Source of the DNA: Callorhinchus milii
Taxonomy: Eukaryota
NCBI RefSeq assembly: GCF_018977255.1
Contig: NW_024704742.1
Location: 80,106,001-80,170,000 of the forward strand
Length of the DNA stretch: 64,000 nucleotides
Direction: 5' to 3'
The translations under genes were made by a program, and so were the position numbers. Within the stretch, counting starts at the first letter, position 1, and every line of letters begins with the position of its first letter. The notes below the pieces were generated by a model. That model did not search any database and had not been told where the DNA came from. It saw only the letters and a list, made by a program, of their open reading frames with translations. Below, piece after piece: positions 63,843 to 64,000 of the stretch.

Positions 63843-64000
63843 AACAACAAAACAAATTACATTTGTATTAGTGCCTTTCAGATAGGGAGCACTTCCCAAG
63901 GCGATGGACAGTCAAGGATTTTCACCCAAGGTGGGGTTGCGATCAGGAGGGCAGGGAGGGTGGGTGAGGAGGGTGACCAAAGGTGCGGTCGAAAGGAAAG
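63843..64000 (-). mobile_element. L2 3' end (type B), cut by the window edge
   Basis: aacaacaaaacaaattacatttgtatt...ggtgcggtcgaaaggaa. Confidence 0.85.

Noticed and set aside
1..64000. CRISPR arrays, operons or prokaryotic defence systems
   Set aside because: No regularly spaced repeat-spacer array and no gene-dense coding structure. The window is vertebrate repeat-rich DNA.

Overview
This window is eukaryotic, non-coding, repeat-dense vertebrate DNA (intergenic, or inside a large intron); it is not prokaryotic. The repeat mix suggests a cartilaginous fish, possibly a holocephalan such as elephant shark or chimaera (inference from remembered repeat families, not a database result). It contains L2-clade LINE fragments with (TTG)n tails in at least three 3'-end types, CR1 LINE fragments, a young tRNA-headed SINE with a (TTA)n tail, an older Deu-domain (SacSINE1-like) SINE, and a Penelope-like remnant. 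I recognise no host protein-coding exon. The only real coding sequences are LINE ORF2 remnants: L2 RT at 5970-7348 and a frameshifted CR1 RT at about 46105-48100. The other ORFs in the track are off-frame or antisense reads of repeats, or chance ORFs. The most interesting signals are: (i) young L2 copies inserted into older L2 copies at or near the homologous position; (ii) an L2 flanked by an inverted, identical copy of its own 3' end; (iii) a U2 snRNA 5' fragment with a possible twin-priming inversion, two hairpins and a CTCF-like motif; (iv) SINE tails carrying the same stem-loop as the young L2; (v) a degenerate Penelope hammerhead; (vi) a perfect 20-bp-arm palindrome. Boundaries of degraded repeats are approximate, read by eye.
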